Assembly: GCA_964488805.1 (NCBI GenBank)
Contig: CAZAVU010000009.1
Span: 7,437-71,436 of the forward strand
Origin: an uncultured Odoribacter sp.
GTDB taxonomy: Bacteria > Bacteroidota > Bacteroidia > Bacteroidales > Prolixibacteraceae
Length of the DNA: 64,000 nucleotides
Reading direction: 5' to 3'
Below, piece by piece: positions 1 to 10,047 of this stretch. Position numbers and translations under genes: made by a program. The notes beneath the pieces were generated by a model, which ran no database searches, was not told the origin of the DNA, and was given only the letters and a program-made list of their open reading frames with translations. The number at the start of each line of letters is the position of its first letter. Within the stretch, counting starts at the first letter, position 1.

Positions 1-225
1 TTCAATGTCTTTTTCGGTAATAATGGGGCTGATGCTCGAGCAGCAATTGGCACAGGTAAGGCAGTCGAACTGCTCAAAAGCCTGATCGTGCAATTCATGA
101 ACCACATCGTCAAGATTTTTCGGCTTTTTGGCTTTCAGTTTTTTGAAAAGGGCTGAAAAATCCTGCTTTCGGTTGGCTGTCAGTTCTTTTAACTTTTCAG
201 GACGGGAATACTGAATTTGATCCAT
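1..225 (-). CDS. YkgJ-family cysteine-cluster protein (CxxCxxCC), 3'-truncated by window edge
   Basis: Not in the ORF track. Manual translation from ATG at 225: MDQIQYSRPEKLKELTANRKQDFSALFKKLKAKKPKNLDDVVHELHDQAFEQFDCLTCANCCSSISPIITEKDIE..., with no stop before base 1. CLTCANCC motif. Confidence 0.8.
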   Translation of the reverse strand, partial: MDQIQYSRPEKLKELTANRKQDFSALFKKLKAKKPKNLDDVVHELHDQAFEQFDCLTCANCCSSISPIITEKDIE

Positions 226-1114
226 GTTTCTTTCGTTTCCAGTTGATTTGTGCTAAAAATAAACCCGAGATAACAATAGCAATTCCAACGATTTGGTGAA
301 AGTTGAGCTTATCGCCTAAAATCAGAAATGCAAAAATGGCTACGAACACCGGGATAATGTTGATGAAAATATTTGACTTGTTGATTCCCAAGTTGCGAAC
401 GCTGTAGGTAAAAAGAATAAAAGCAAAGGTTGAAGCAAAAATAGCAAGCTTTACAAGAGCCCCGAAGGCCCTGGCATTAAAAGCTACCTGACTGAATTCC
501 TGAAATTCGAACGTGAACCAGAAGGGCAGAAAAAACAAGGCTCCAAACATGTTCTGATAAGTGATAATGGTAAAAGTATTGTAGCGGTGCGAAATACCTT
601 TTAATAGACTTGCATATCCAATGGCGCCAGCCACTGCAAGAAATTCGAGCGAAACGCCCAACGGAGAAGCGGTAAAATTGAACGAACTGTCGAGCACAAC
701 CAGGCTTACTCCCAAAAAGGTAATTAGCAGTCCCAGCCAATTGGTACGGTTAAGTTTCTCTTTGTAAAAATACCAGGCTATTACAGGTGTAAACAAGGGG
801 ATTGTTGCTACAATGACTGAAGCTACAGTAGACGAAACGTACTTTAATCCAAAACTTTCGCCCATGAAATAAAGGAAAGGTTCGAAGAACGCAAGCAAGC
901 AGAAGAATTTAAGGTCGCCCGATTCAATGGGTTGAAGTTTCTTTGCAAGCAAGGTGAAGATCAGCAACAAGCCCGATGAAATAATTAATCTAAACAATAT
1001 GGTCGTGAGCGGCCCATAGGCTTCGTAGACGATTTTAACCCAAACAAACGAAAAACTCCAGAAAATCATCGACAAAATTGCGGCTCCGTAGGGAACCCAT
1101 GATTTATTCTTCAT
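197..1114 (-). CDS. DMT/EamA-family transporter
   Basis: 305 aa, about 10 hydrophobic helices, two EamA-like halves (WSFSFVWVK, GLKYVSSTVASVI, P.F..I.A..ILGDKL). Confidence 0.9.
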   Translation of the reverse strand: MKNKSWVPYGAAILSMIFWSFSFVWVKIVYEAYGPLTTILFRLIISSGLLLIFTLLAKKLQPIESGDLKFFCLLAFFEPFLYFMGESFGLKYVSSTVASVIVATIPLFTPVIAWYFYKEKLNRTNWLGLLITFLGVSLVVLDSSFNFTASPLGVSLEFLAVAGAIGYASLLKGISHRYNTFTIITYQNMFGALFFLPFWFTFEFQEFSQVAFNARAFGALVKLAIFASTFAFILFTYSVRNLGINKSNIFINIIPVFVAIFAFLILGDKLNFHQIVGIAIVISGLFLAQINWKRKKHGSNSVFPS

Positions 1115-1381
1115 TTAATCCTTTTTGTAGACCGCAAAAATATGGAATAAAAATTTGGGGCTTATCTCCACCTGTGGTGAACTTTTAAGAATTGGTGAAA
1201 ATTTAAATGTTTTTTAAGGGCATTGGTTTTCAGTTTAATACATGAATTGCTTTAGTTCGTAAATAAATACTTTTGTTTAATTTAAATAGTAAATATTTGA
1301 TTTGTAAACGTTTATTTGTTTTGTAGGAATAAAATGAATAAAAATGGCAAGTCCTTTCAGAACTGAAATTCCTTTTTAAAT

Positions 1382-2038
1382 TTGCAAATAGCTCCTCAAA
1401 AAATTGCAAAGTTGATTCAGAATTCTGGGAATATTGATTACTGGCATTTGACCTGGTTGCGTTTTAAAGATGGCGATAAGGAAGCTTTTGCCATTTTTTA
1501 TAACCAGCACATTGACCGCCTTTACCAATATGGCCTCAAATTCTGTAACGACGAAGAAACCATAAAAGACGCCATTCAGGAAGTCTTTCTCGATTTATAC
1601 CTGAAAAGAGAAAAGAATACAATTGGTCCCGATCATTTGAAATATTACCTACTACTGGCCTTGAAACGTAACCTGATCAAGAAGCTTCAGTCGAGTCGCC
1701 GGTTCGACCAGGGTAAAATCCTGGAGGGAAAACATGCAGAACCGGAATTTAGCATTGAGTATCTGCTTATTGAAAAGGAACATGAAGAAGAAGTCAAGAT
1801 CAAACTGACTCATGCACTGAACCAATTGCCGAGTAAGCAGAAAGAAGCCGTTTATCTGCGGTTTAATGAGGCGCTTGAATACAGCGAGATAGCAACCATT
1901 CTGGGGATAAATGTTGAATCAGTCAGGAAACAAGTTTCGCGGGCATTAAAAACGATTCGTGAAATACTTGATAATAAAAGTGTTGCGATTTTATTTCATT
2001 TTTTTCAAAAAAAGCACGAAAAAACTGTCCATGTTTGA
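1382..2038 (+). CDS. ECF RNA polymerase sigma-70 factor (PUL-associated)
   Basis: Region 2 (DAIQEVFLDLY) and region 4 (LPSKQKEAVYLRF...EIATILGINVESVRKQVSRALK); directly upstream of fecR and susC. Start codon uncertain (TTG). Confidence 0.92.
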   Translation: MQIAPQKIAKLIQNSGNIDYWHLTWLRFKDGDKEAFAIFYNQHIDRLYQYGLKFCNDEETIKDAIQEVFLDLYLKREKNTIGPDHLKYYLLLALKRNLIKKLQSSRRFDQGKILEGKHAEPEFSIEYLLIEKEHEEEVKIKLTHALNQLPSKQKEAVYLRFNEALEYSEIATILGINVESVRKQVSRALKTIREILDNKSVAILFHFFQKKHEKTVHV

Positions 2039-2077
2039 GAAGTTGCCTGCCTTTTATTGTACTAATCAAGCACTCAA

Positions 2078-3274
2078 ATGGACAATTTAAGCAGATATCT
2101 CGAAGATCTCAGTTTTATCAATTGGGTTTTTAATCCCACTGAGGAAGCTGATTCAAACTGGGCTCAATTCGAGACTGAACATCCTGAAGAAATCAGAAAT
2201 ATCCAGTTAGCCCGGAAAATAGTTCTTCGATTCCGGACTTTGGCAAATACACTTCCTGAAGAAGAAAAAATACTGTTGTTTTCCAGGGTTCTTAAAGAAA
2301 TTGAGGAAAAAGAAAAATCGAAATCTGCCTTGCCAATTATTTCGTCCGTATTCAAATATGCCGCTGTTGCCGTTATTTTCTTTTCAATTGGTGCATTGTT
2401 ATTCTACCGCGAAAACATTGTCAATCCTGCCTATTTTGCATTTAATTCTGAGAACCGGATACCGGAAAATCAGGCTCAACTGATTCGTTCCAACGGAGAG
2501 AATGTTATTCTTGATCAAACCCGCACGGTTTTGAAATACCAGAAAAACGGGGAATTGGTTATTAATGCTGATACCCTGAAACCGGCCAGTGTTTCTACGC
2601 AAAGCAACCAACCTCTGAATCAATTGATCATTCCTTATGGGAAAAGCTCAGAAGTTCTTCTTTCCGACGGTACCCGAGTTTTTCTGAATGCCGGAAGCCG
2701 CCTGGTTTACCCAGATCATTTTACTGGAAAAACCCGTGAGGTTTTGCTGAACGGAGAAGGTTTTTTTGAAGTCAAACACGATGCAAAACATCCTTTTGTT
2801 GTGTTGGCTGACAATTTAAGGATTAAAGATTTAGGTACGCGATTTAATGTTTCGGCCTACTCTTCTGACGACCGGGTTGAGACGGTTTTGGCAGAAGGTA
2901 AAGTTGGCATCCGCCAGAACAACTCCAGCTTATTTACCCGTGATACCGAATTACAACCTGGTCAGATGGCCTCATTCCATAAGCAAAGTTCCCAGATTTC
3001 AGTAGAAACGGTTAATGTGGAAGATTACACTCTTTGGACTCAGGGGATAATGAAGTTTGAAACTGTTGATTTGAGCCGAATTGTAAAAAAACTGGAACGT
3101 TATTACAATATTCATTTTAGTTATAACGACCCGATGCTTGGGACAGTCCTTATTTCAGGGAAACTTGATTTGAAAGAGGATCAGCGTGAAGTTTTAGAAC
3201 GTGTAGCACGGACTGCGTCGGTAAAAGTTACTGAAAAGGGCGAAAATTATTATGAGATAAGTAAAAAGGACTGA
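2078..3274 (+). CDS. FecR-family anti-sigma factor
   Basis: Single TM (YAAVAVIFFSIGALLFY), FecR motifs LSDGTRVFLNAGS and GEGFFEV..D..HPF..GTRFNV, C-terminal LERYYNI domain. Confidence 0.93.
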   Translation: MDNLSRYLEDLSFINWVFNPTEEADSNWAQFETEHPEEIRNIQLARKIVLRFRTLANTLPEEEKILLFSRVLKEIEEKEKSKSALPIISSVFKYAAVAVIFFSIGALLFYRENIVNPAYFAFNSENRIPENQAQLIRSNGENVILDQTRTVLKYQKNGELVINADTLKPASVSTQSNQPLNQLIIPYGKSSEVLLSDGTRVFLNAGSRLVYPDHFTGKTREVLLNGEGFFEVKHDAKHPFVVLADNLRIKDLGTRFNVSAYSSDDRVETVLAEGKVGIRQNNSSLFTRDTELQPGQMASFHKQSSQISVETVNVEDYTLWTQGIMKFETVDLSRIVKKLERYYNIHFSYNDPMLGTVLISGKLDLKEDQREVLERVARTASVKVTEKGENYYEISKKD

Positions 3275-3370
3275 GCAATGCTACAATCCTGAATTTATTA
3301 AAAGAATGGAGTTAAATTTAAAATAATAAACCAAATAAAAAATATCGAGATGAAATAGTAAAAAGCAGAA

Positions 3371-3396
3371 CCGGAAGGTGTTCCCGCACCGACCGG
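3371..3396 (+). promoter_or_regulatory. Hairpin in the fecR-susC leader
   Basis: CCGG-aa-GGTGT-tccc-GCACC-ga-CCGG, GC-rich within an AT-rich spacer, about 50 nt before the susC ATG. Confidence 0.5.
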
Positions 3397-3445
3397 CTCT
3401 TAGTGTTAAATTTTTTATAAACGTATCATTTAACGAAGCAAATCT

Positions 3446-6400
3446 ATGAAAAGAAAACGAGAAATCTTGTTCCCGTATGGTGATGAGATGAGATTAAACA
3501 TTCGAAAGATGAAATTGACTGCAATTCTACTTTTTATTGTTTGTGTTACTTTTGGTAACAGTTTCTCTCAGGTCCGCTTGTCGGTTCATTTTAACAGGTC
3601 CGACATTCGAGAAGTACTTCAGACCATTGAAGAAAAAACCGATTACATTTTCTTGTACAAGGACCAAATCTTTGATTTTTCCCAGAAAATCTCTGCCGAT
3701 TTTACTGATGCAAAATTCGAGGAAGTGTTACGAAGTTTCTGCGAGCAGACCAATGTTAGCTATGAAGTCCGGAACCGGCAAGTAATTCTTAAAGAGAAAG
3801 AAGCAACTTCTGGCGGGCAGTCGCAACAACAAGCAAAATCCGTTAAGGGGAAGGTTAATGATTCCTCAGGTAATCCAATGCCGGGCGTTTCTGTTATGAT
3901 TAAAGGAACAGCTACCGGAACAATTACTGATGCTGAAGGTCAGTTTAAACTTTCTGTACCGGGAAATGCTAAAACCCTTGTGTTTTCCTTTATCGGGATG
4001 AAGACTGTAGAACTGTCAATGGGTTCACAGTCATCGTTTACCGTAGTTATGAAAGAAGATGTTGTGGGTGTTGATGAAGTTGTGGTTGTAGGATACGGAA
4101 GTGTTAAGAAAAGAGATTTAACTGGTTCAGTTGTATCAGTAAAGAGTGACGACTTGTTAAAGACTAATCCAGCAAGTATCAACCAGGCCTTGCAAGGAAA
4201 GATTGCAGGCGTTCAGGTGAGTCAGGCCGACGGAGCTCCAGGAGCAGGAATTAGTATTCAGATTCGTGGGGCAAATTCATTCACTACTAGCTCTGAGCCT
4301 TTGTATGTAATTGACGGTGTTCCTTTTAATGTAGGTGAAGCACCTAGTACAGATTATGCCACTAAACAAACAAACAACCCTTTAAACTTAATTAATCCGC
4401 GTGATGTTAAATCTATTGAAGTGTTAAAAGACGCATCTTCAACAGCTATTTATGGTTCTCGTGGCGCCAATGGTGTTATTTTAATCACCACAAAAAGCGG
4501 TTCTGAAGGCAAAACCAAGGTTGAACTGAACGTAAATTATGGGATATCAAGACCTGTTAAATTGATCAGGGTTCTAAATGCCTCGGAATATGCCCAATAC
4601 AGGAATGAAGGTACTATGACTGGTTATATGTATGATGGTAAAGACTATGTTCCTGATGATCAATTGCCGTTCCCAACTCCTGGGCGTTGGAGCTATATCA
4701 AAGGAACTGATCCCAAAACAGGTCAGGTAGCAGTTGTTGATAGCACATATTTGCCTAGTCCTCAGGATTATGCCGATGGATATATGAATAATGGAACTGA
4801 TTGGCAAGATCAGATCTATCAAACAGCATTTTCACAGGATTACAATTTAAGTGTGTCAGGTGGTGACAAACGCGGTCAATATATGTTTTCAATGGGAGCC
4901 TTGGATCAGCAAGGGAATATCCTTAATTCCTATTTTAAACGTTATAGCGTAAGATCAAACATAAACCGTAAAGTTACAGATTGGTTTGAGTTTGGGAACA
5001 ACCTAACTGCTTCGAAGTCTGAAAATCGTTTGGCTCGTACCAATACAGAAACCTATGGAATTGTTAATGATGCAATTGCATTTAATCCAACACGAACAAT
5101 TTTTGACGCTGATAAACCATCGGGATACTCCGAAGATTATGCAAATGGATTATCGAATCCGTATTTATATGTTCGCACGGCAAAAAATTTGCTAGGGTCA
5201 ATGAATTTATATAACTCTTCTTTTGCTACTTTAACATTTACTAAATACCTTAATTTCAGGCAGAACCTGGGATATGGATATAGTATGGACAAACGGAACC
5301 AGTACTACAACCGCTATATCAGCGGAGGGGTTGCTCCAACAAATGGTTATGCCGTACAGTCTGATTCGTACTATGAAAGTTTAACTGCAGAATCGATGTT
5401 GACATTTAACAAGAATTTCAACACGATACATCATATTGATGCTGTTGCCGGTTGGTCAGTTGAAAAAGTGAACTGGGGCGGAAAATACATGAGCGGCCAC
5501 GGTTTTGCAAATGATATTAATGAAGAAAACAATATGGGAGCAGCACTGACTCAGGATCCCAATTCTTCGAGCAAAGGAAAAACTTCATTGATGTCATTTC
5601 TGGGAAGAATGAACTATATCTTATTGGATAGGTATTTATTTACAGCTTCTTTCCGTCGTGATGGATCCAGTCGTTTAGCAAACAATCGCTGGTCAAACTT
5701 TGCTTCAGGGGCATTCGCATGGCGCTTGTCAGAAGAAAAATTCATTAAAAATCTGGGCTTGTTCGATAATTTAAAGTTGAGATTAAGCTACGGACAAACA
5801 GGAAACCAGGGCGTTAATGCTTATGCAACAAGATCACGAATGACGGTTCAACAGTATCCTATCAATGGCTCACTGACTACGGGACTTGCCGAAGATCGTT
5901 GGGGCGGACCAGCAAGTCCTAATTTGAAATGGGAAACCACCAATCAATATAATATTGGTTTGGATATGAGCTTCTTGAAAAATCGTTTGAATTTTGTGAT
6001 TGATGCCTATCAAAAGAAAACGACCGATCTGTTGCAATATGTGTACATACCAATGAGTACTGGTTTTCAGTCAATTGCAACTAATTACGGAGATGTACAA
6101 AATAAGGGGTTTGAATTTTCTGTTGATTACTTAATTATTAACAATAATGATTTCACCTGGAAAATTGATGCAAATATCTCTATCAACAGAAACAAAATTG
6201 GAGGTTTGAATTCTGATCAGTTCTCTGATGTTTGTTGGGGACTGGAAAGTATGTTCCTGAGAAGAAATGGTGAGCCTATCGGTATTATTTATGGATATCA
6301 GGAAGATGGATATTTTGATAATGAAGCTGAAGTAAGAGCAAATCCATTGTACAAAAACGAAACTGATGCTAAAATCAAAAGCATGATTGGTCAGATAAAG

Positions 6401-6958
6401 TATAAAGACAATACTAAGGATGGTGTTATTGATGACCGTGATAAAACCATTATTGGGAACACAAATCCGGATTTCACCTACGGTATCACCAATGCATTTA
6501 CGTATAAGGATTTCACCTTGAGTTTCTTTTTACAGGGGACACAAGGAAATGATATTTTGAACGTGAATCTGAAGAACTATGACATGGCTTCAACGACTAA
6601 CATGCCTAAATTCGTATGGGATAACCGATGGACAGATGCAAACCGGGAGAATGCTCAGTTCCCAAGAGCTGATATGACCTACACACGAAGTCTGAAAGCA
6701 TCTGAACGCTATGTTGAAGATGGATCTTATTTACGCTTGAAAAACCTGACTTTTGCTTACCGGATGTCTAATCCTTTAGCCGAAATCGATGCAGTGAACC
6801 TGACATTGAGCGTTAATAATCTATTTACAATTACCAAATACCGTTGGTACGATCCCGATGTAAACACATTCGGTAGCGATGTATCCCGCCGTGGTGTAGA
6901 TATGGACTCATATCCCAGTGCAAGAACAATTAATCTGGGGCTTCAGGTAACTTTCTAA
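3446..6958 (+). CDS. susC: SusC/RagA TonB-dependent transporter with N-terminal STN signalling extension
   Basis: 1170 aa; STN-like N-terminus, CarboxypepD-like domain, plug motif IEVLKDASSTAIYGSRGANGVILITTK, NLKWETT, C-terminal YPSARTINLGLQVTF. Confidence 0.97.
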   Translation: MKRKREILFPYGDEMRLNIRKMKLTAILLFIVCVTFGNSFSQVRLSVHFNRSDIREVLQTIEEKTDYIFLYKDQIFDFSQKISADFTDAKFEEVLRSFCEQTNVSYEVRNRQVILKEKEATSGGQSQQQAKSVKGKVNDSSGNPMPGVSVMIKGTATGTITDAEGQFKLSVPGNAKTLVFSFIGMKTVELSMGSQSSFTVVMKEDVVGVDEVVVVGYGSVKKRDLTGSVVSVKSDDLLKTNPASINQALQGKIAGVQVSQADGAPGAGISIQIRGANSFTTSSEPLYVIDGVPFNVGEAPSTDYATKQTNNPLNLINPRDVKSIEVLKDASSTAIYGSRGANGVILITTKSGSEGKTKVELNVNYGISRPVKLIRVLNASEYAQYRNEGTMTGYMYDGKDYVPDDQLPFPTPGRWSYIKGTDPKTGQVAVVDSTYLPSPQDYADGYMNNGTDWQDQIYQTAFSQDYNLSVSGGDKRGQYMFSMGALDQQGNILNSYFKRYSVRSNINRKVTDWFEFGNNLTASKSENRLARTNTETYGIVNDAIAFNPTRTIFDADKPSGYSEDYANGLSNPYLYVRTAKNLLGSMNLYNSSFATLTFTKYLNFRQNLGYGYSMDKRNQYYNRYISGGVAPTNGYAVQSDSYYESLTAESMLTFNKNFNTIHHIDAVAGWSVEKVNWGGKYMSGHGFANDINEENNMGAALTQDPNSSSKGKTSLMSFLGRMNYILLDRYLFTASFRRDGSSRLANNRWSNFASGAFAWRLSEEKFIKNLGLFDNLKLRLSYGQTGNQGVNAYATRSRMTVQQYPINGSLTTGLAEDRWGGPASPNLKWETTNQYNIGLDMSFLKNRLNFVIDAYQKKTTDLLQYVYIPMSTGFQSIATNYGDVQNKGFEFSVDYLIINNNDFTWKIDANISINRNKIGGLNSDQFSDVCWGLESMFLRRNGEPIGIIYGYQEDGYFDNEAEVRANPLYKNETDAKIKSMIGQIKYKDNTKDGVIDDRDKTIIGNTNPDFTYGITNAFTYKDFTLSFFLQGTQGNDILNVNLKNYDMASTTNMPKFVWDNRWTDANRENAQFPRADMTYTRSLKASERYVEDGSYLRLKNLTFAYRMSNPLAEIDAVNLTLSVNNLFTITKYRWYDPDVNTFGSDVSRRGVDMDSYPSARTINLGLQVTF

Positions 6959-6990
6959 TTTATAAACTATTCATTTTTAATAGTAAAAAT

Positions 6991-8706
6991 ATGAAATCGA
7001 ATTTACTAAAATACATCATAGCAACCATTCTAATCGTAACAGGTACTACTTCTTGCTCTGATAAATTTCTTGATGAAAAGGTGTATACTTTTGTTTCGGG
7101 AGAGGATCTGGTTGCTTCAAAAAGTTATAATGAACTGGTCTCTGGAGCCTTCAACGCATTGACCTGGGGATTTGAATGGGGAAACTATCATAATATCGTT
7201 AATTTTGATTCAGATTATCAGACTGGACCAACATGGGCTTTTGGAACTTTAGGCGCTGGTAATTTTTACGAAGATGGCTCAAATATTAACTTTTATAAGT
7301 ACTACTATGCATGCATCCATCGGGCACAGTACCATTCTTACCTGATAAATAAGATGGACATTCCTGAGAAAGTGAAGAATAATGCACTTGGAGAATTGGC
7401 TTTTCTAAATGCATGGTCGTATTTTAACCTGGTTCAGTTCTATGGAGATTTGTGCCTGTACAAAACATCCGTTTCAGAAGGAGCTCCTTTATACATTCCG
7501 CGCTCTCCGGTGAAAGATGTTTACGAGTACATCATAGAACAGTTAAAATTTGCCGAAGGGGCAATGTATTCGACCCGCGATGCTGAATATGTAAAAGGTC
7601 ATGTATCGAGGGGCGCTGCAAAGGCTTTATTAGCTAAAGTATATTGCACAATAGGCTCTGGATCAATGGCTGCAGGCACTAAGATATCTGTAATGGAGGG
7701 TGCCCCGTTCTATTTTGATGATAATAAGAACAAAGTCAGAGTTCCTTATCCATCCAAACAAACTTTTGACAAAGAGTTGGTTGCCGGATATGAAGGTTTT
7801 GATTCGAAGACTTATTACAAGTTGGCAATGGATAAAGCAAAGGAAGTTATAAGTTCTGGTGACTTCGACCTTTATCCATCTCAGCAAGAACTTTGGAGCC
7901 CGGCAAGTAAGAACGGAAAAGAATTCATATTTTCTTTACAGACTTTAGCAGGGAACAGTGCATTAAGCAACTATGTGGCTACTGATTACGCTGGCTATTA
8001 TAAAGAAAATGGCGAACTGTCTTCTGGATATTATGTCCAAAGAGACCATTGGTATCAACTTTTTGATGACACTGATGATCGTATTACCTGGGGGGTGATT
8101 CATCGTATCCCTTTCACCTATGTTGAATCTACAGGCGAACTTCAATATTGTTATTACCCTGCAAAAGACAGCTCGAAAGTTAGATTGGGAATTGGCGGAT
8201 ATAAACCAACTGATATTTTAAGATATGATGCTCATTTGTATGGGTCTAAACTTATGAAATTCAGACAGGTTTCCGTAGCATTAGATGGGAACAGAACCGA
8301 TTATAACTGGCCGTTTATCCGCTATGCTGAAGTTTTGTTACTCTATGCCGAAGCAGACAATGAAGTAAATGGCAAACCATCAAATGACGCTATTGCGCAA
8401 ATTGACAAACTCAATATTCGCAACAAAAGCAAAAAGGTCTCTGAAATTGGCGCTGTAACTCCGTGGACACAGGAGTCATTCCGGTCGTATATCCTTCAGG
8501 AAAGGGTGAAAGAGTTTGCTGCAGAGGGAATCCGACGCTTCGATTTATTACGTTGGGGGATTTATCTCCAGACAATGAATTCCATTGGAGGAGTTGACGA
8601 AAATGGAGTTATTAAACGACGTGAAAGAAGACATCTGTTGATGCCATTACCTGCAGATGAAGTAAATACAAACCCATATATTGAAACAAACAATCCAGGT
8701 TGGTAA
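6991..8706 (+). CDS. susD: SusD/RagB glycan-binding lipoprotein
   Basis: Lipobox TTSC; GEL.FL.AW.YF.LVQ.YGD; RYAEVLLLYAEA; ER..EFAAEG.RRFDLLRW; C-terminal NNPGW. Confidence 0.96.
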   Translation: MKSNLLKYIIATILIVTGTTSCSDKFLDEKVYTFVSGEDLVASKSYNELVSGAFNALTWGFEWGNYHNIVNFDSDYQTGPTWAFGTLGAGNFYEDGSNINFYKYYYACIHRAQYHSYLINKMDIPEKVKNNALGELAFLNAWSYFNLVQFYGDLCLYKTSVSEGAPLYIPRSPVKDVYEYIIEQLKFAEGAMYSTRDAEYVKGHVSRGAAKALLAKVYCTIGSGSMAAGTKISVMEGAPFYFDDNKNKVRVPYPSKQTFDKELVAGYEGFDSKTYYKLAMDKAKEVISSGDFDLYPSQQELWSPASKNGKEFIFSLQTLAGNSALSNYVATDYAGYYKENGELSSGYYVQRDHWYQLFDDTDDRITWGVIHRIPFTYVESTGELQYCYYPAKDSSKVRLGIGGYKPTDILRYDAHLYGSKLMKFRQVSVALDGNRTDYNWPFIRYAEVLLLYAEADNEVNGKPSNDAIAQIDKLNIRNKSKKVSEIGAVTPWTQESFRSYILQERVKEFAAEGIRRFDLLRWGIYLQTMNSIGGVDENGVIKRRERRHLLMPLPADEVNTNPYIETNNPGW

Positions 8707-8733
8707 TTTATTAATAATTAAAATTGGTTATAT

Positions 8734-9870
8734 ATGGAAACTATAAATATAAAAAAGAACATTTTGCTAATGTTATTAGCAATACTTATCATATCGGTTG
8801 TCTCATGCAAAGATGACGAGGATCTGCCTAATCCGCCAACTTTTAGCAAAGTTACTACCATTAAAGAAATGGGAACCTCCATTACGAACGGTAATATGGG
8901 CGATTGGATTGCTATACAAGGAGCCAACTTGGATCAGGTGGATTCCATTCTGTTTAATGATGTAACAGTGCCTATGAAGGATGCTTATTATGAAAAGAAT
9001 GTTTTATATACACAAGTACCAGTTAAGCTTCCCAAAACCGTAAACAATAAAATCACGATAAAGACAAGAGGTGGCGATACGTCATTCGATTTTAAAGTTA
9101 ACATCCCGAACCTGCAGTTAACAAGTATGTTCAACGAATATACCTTGCCGGGTGATACAATTAAAATTTACGGAAAATTCATAACCCTATATGAAGTAGA
9201 TAAATCGAACACAGTTGTTTCATTTGGTGGAAAAGAAACTCCGGTAATTAAAGCTACTGACACCTATATTACGGCGAAAGTACCAATGGATGTTCAGCCT
9301 AATGTTAGGGTTAAGGCCATTAATAAAAAGTATAGTGTCGAGGCTGTTTGTGCCGGTTATTATCAGGATAAGCACAATGTAATCACTACTTTTGACTCAG
9401 ACTATCCTTACACCAGTTCAACTGCCCAACAGTGGGTCGGAGAATGGAAAACCCCAAAACCTACATCTGGGAAATACCTACGTTTTGAAGTAGATCAGGC
9501 AACATACCCGAACGGATTAGGCTGGTTCTATATTTTTGAAAGTAGCATGAACTATTCGTTAGATATGATGCAGCACCCTGATAAATACACATTGAAATTT
9601 GAGTTAAATATGAATTTGCCAATAAAAACGACTCAATTCTTCATTTACTATTATTGGGCTGTAGCTCCTACTCCGATAGGGGGAAATTATTTTACGGTAC
9701 AAAATTTAGGCACCTGGCAAACTGTAAATATTCCTTTAGAGAAAATAATTCCCCTGGGATATACAGGAACTTCAACAAACTACTCGCTCAATATGCGTGT
9801 AGAGGATTTCGCCCCGGTCGAACAAATCGCAATGTATTTTGATAACTTCCGTATCTATCAGGAAGAATAG
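8734..9870 (+). CDS. Surface glycan-binding lipoprotein (SGBP-B-like; Ig/IPT domains plus C-terminal CBM-like domain)
   Basis: Lipobox VVSC followed by acidic KDDED; IPT repeats (GDWIAIQGANL, PGDTIKIYG); WQTVNIPL and MYFDNFRI; follows susD. Confidence 0.8.
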   Translation: METINIKKNILLMLLAILIISVVSCKDDEDLPNPPTFSKVTTIKEMGTSITNGNMGDWIAIQGANLDQVDSILFNDVTVPMKDAYYEKNVLYTQVPVKLPKTVNNKITIKTRGGDTSFDFKVNIPNLQLTSMFNEYTLPGDTIKIYGKFITLYEVDKSNTVVSFGGKETPVIKATDTYITAKVPMDVQPNVRVKAINKKYSVEAVCAGYYQDKHNVITTFDSDYPYTSSTAQQWVGEWKTPKPTSGKYLRFEVDQATYPNGLGWFYIFESSMNYSLDMMQHPDKYTLKFELNMNLPIKTTQFFIYYYWAVAPTPIGGNYFTVQNLGTWQTVNIPLEKIIPLGYTGTSTNYSLNMRVEDFAPVEQIAMYFDNFRIYQEE

Positions 9871-9900
9871 ATTTCAGAAGAATTCTAATGCTAAAAAATC

Positions 9901-9956
9901 AATGTTTTAATAGTTGTGCATAGTAATTGTATGCACAACTATTAAACATTTTTTTT
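9901..9956 (+). terminator. Hairpin/intrinsic terminator after the SGBP gene
   Basis: TAATAGTTGTGCATA-gtaattg-TATGCACAACTATTA (15-bp perfect stem) followed by a T-run. Confidence 0.75.
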
Positions 9957-10047
9957 GTCTGTATTTGATCTTTCAATTAACTATACATAAAAGGCCAGCC
10001 TTTTGTTTATAAATTTGGCCTTGTAGCTTTTAATAAACTAGCAAAAT

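Noticed and set aside
1346..1357. GGCAAGTCCTTT also occurs at 63842-63853, both copies intergenic
   Set aside because: A single 12-bp match is compatible with chance in a window of this size, and the flanks diverge
3446..9870. susC/susD/SGBP look more AT-rich than the downstream enzyme genes (possible module swap)
   Set aside because: Visual impression only; a sliding-window GC and codon-usage calculation is needed
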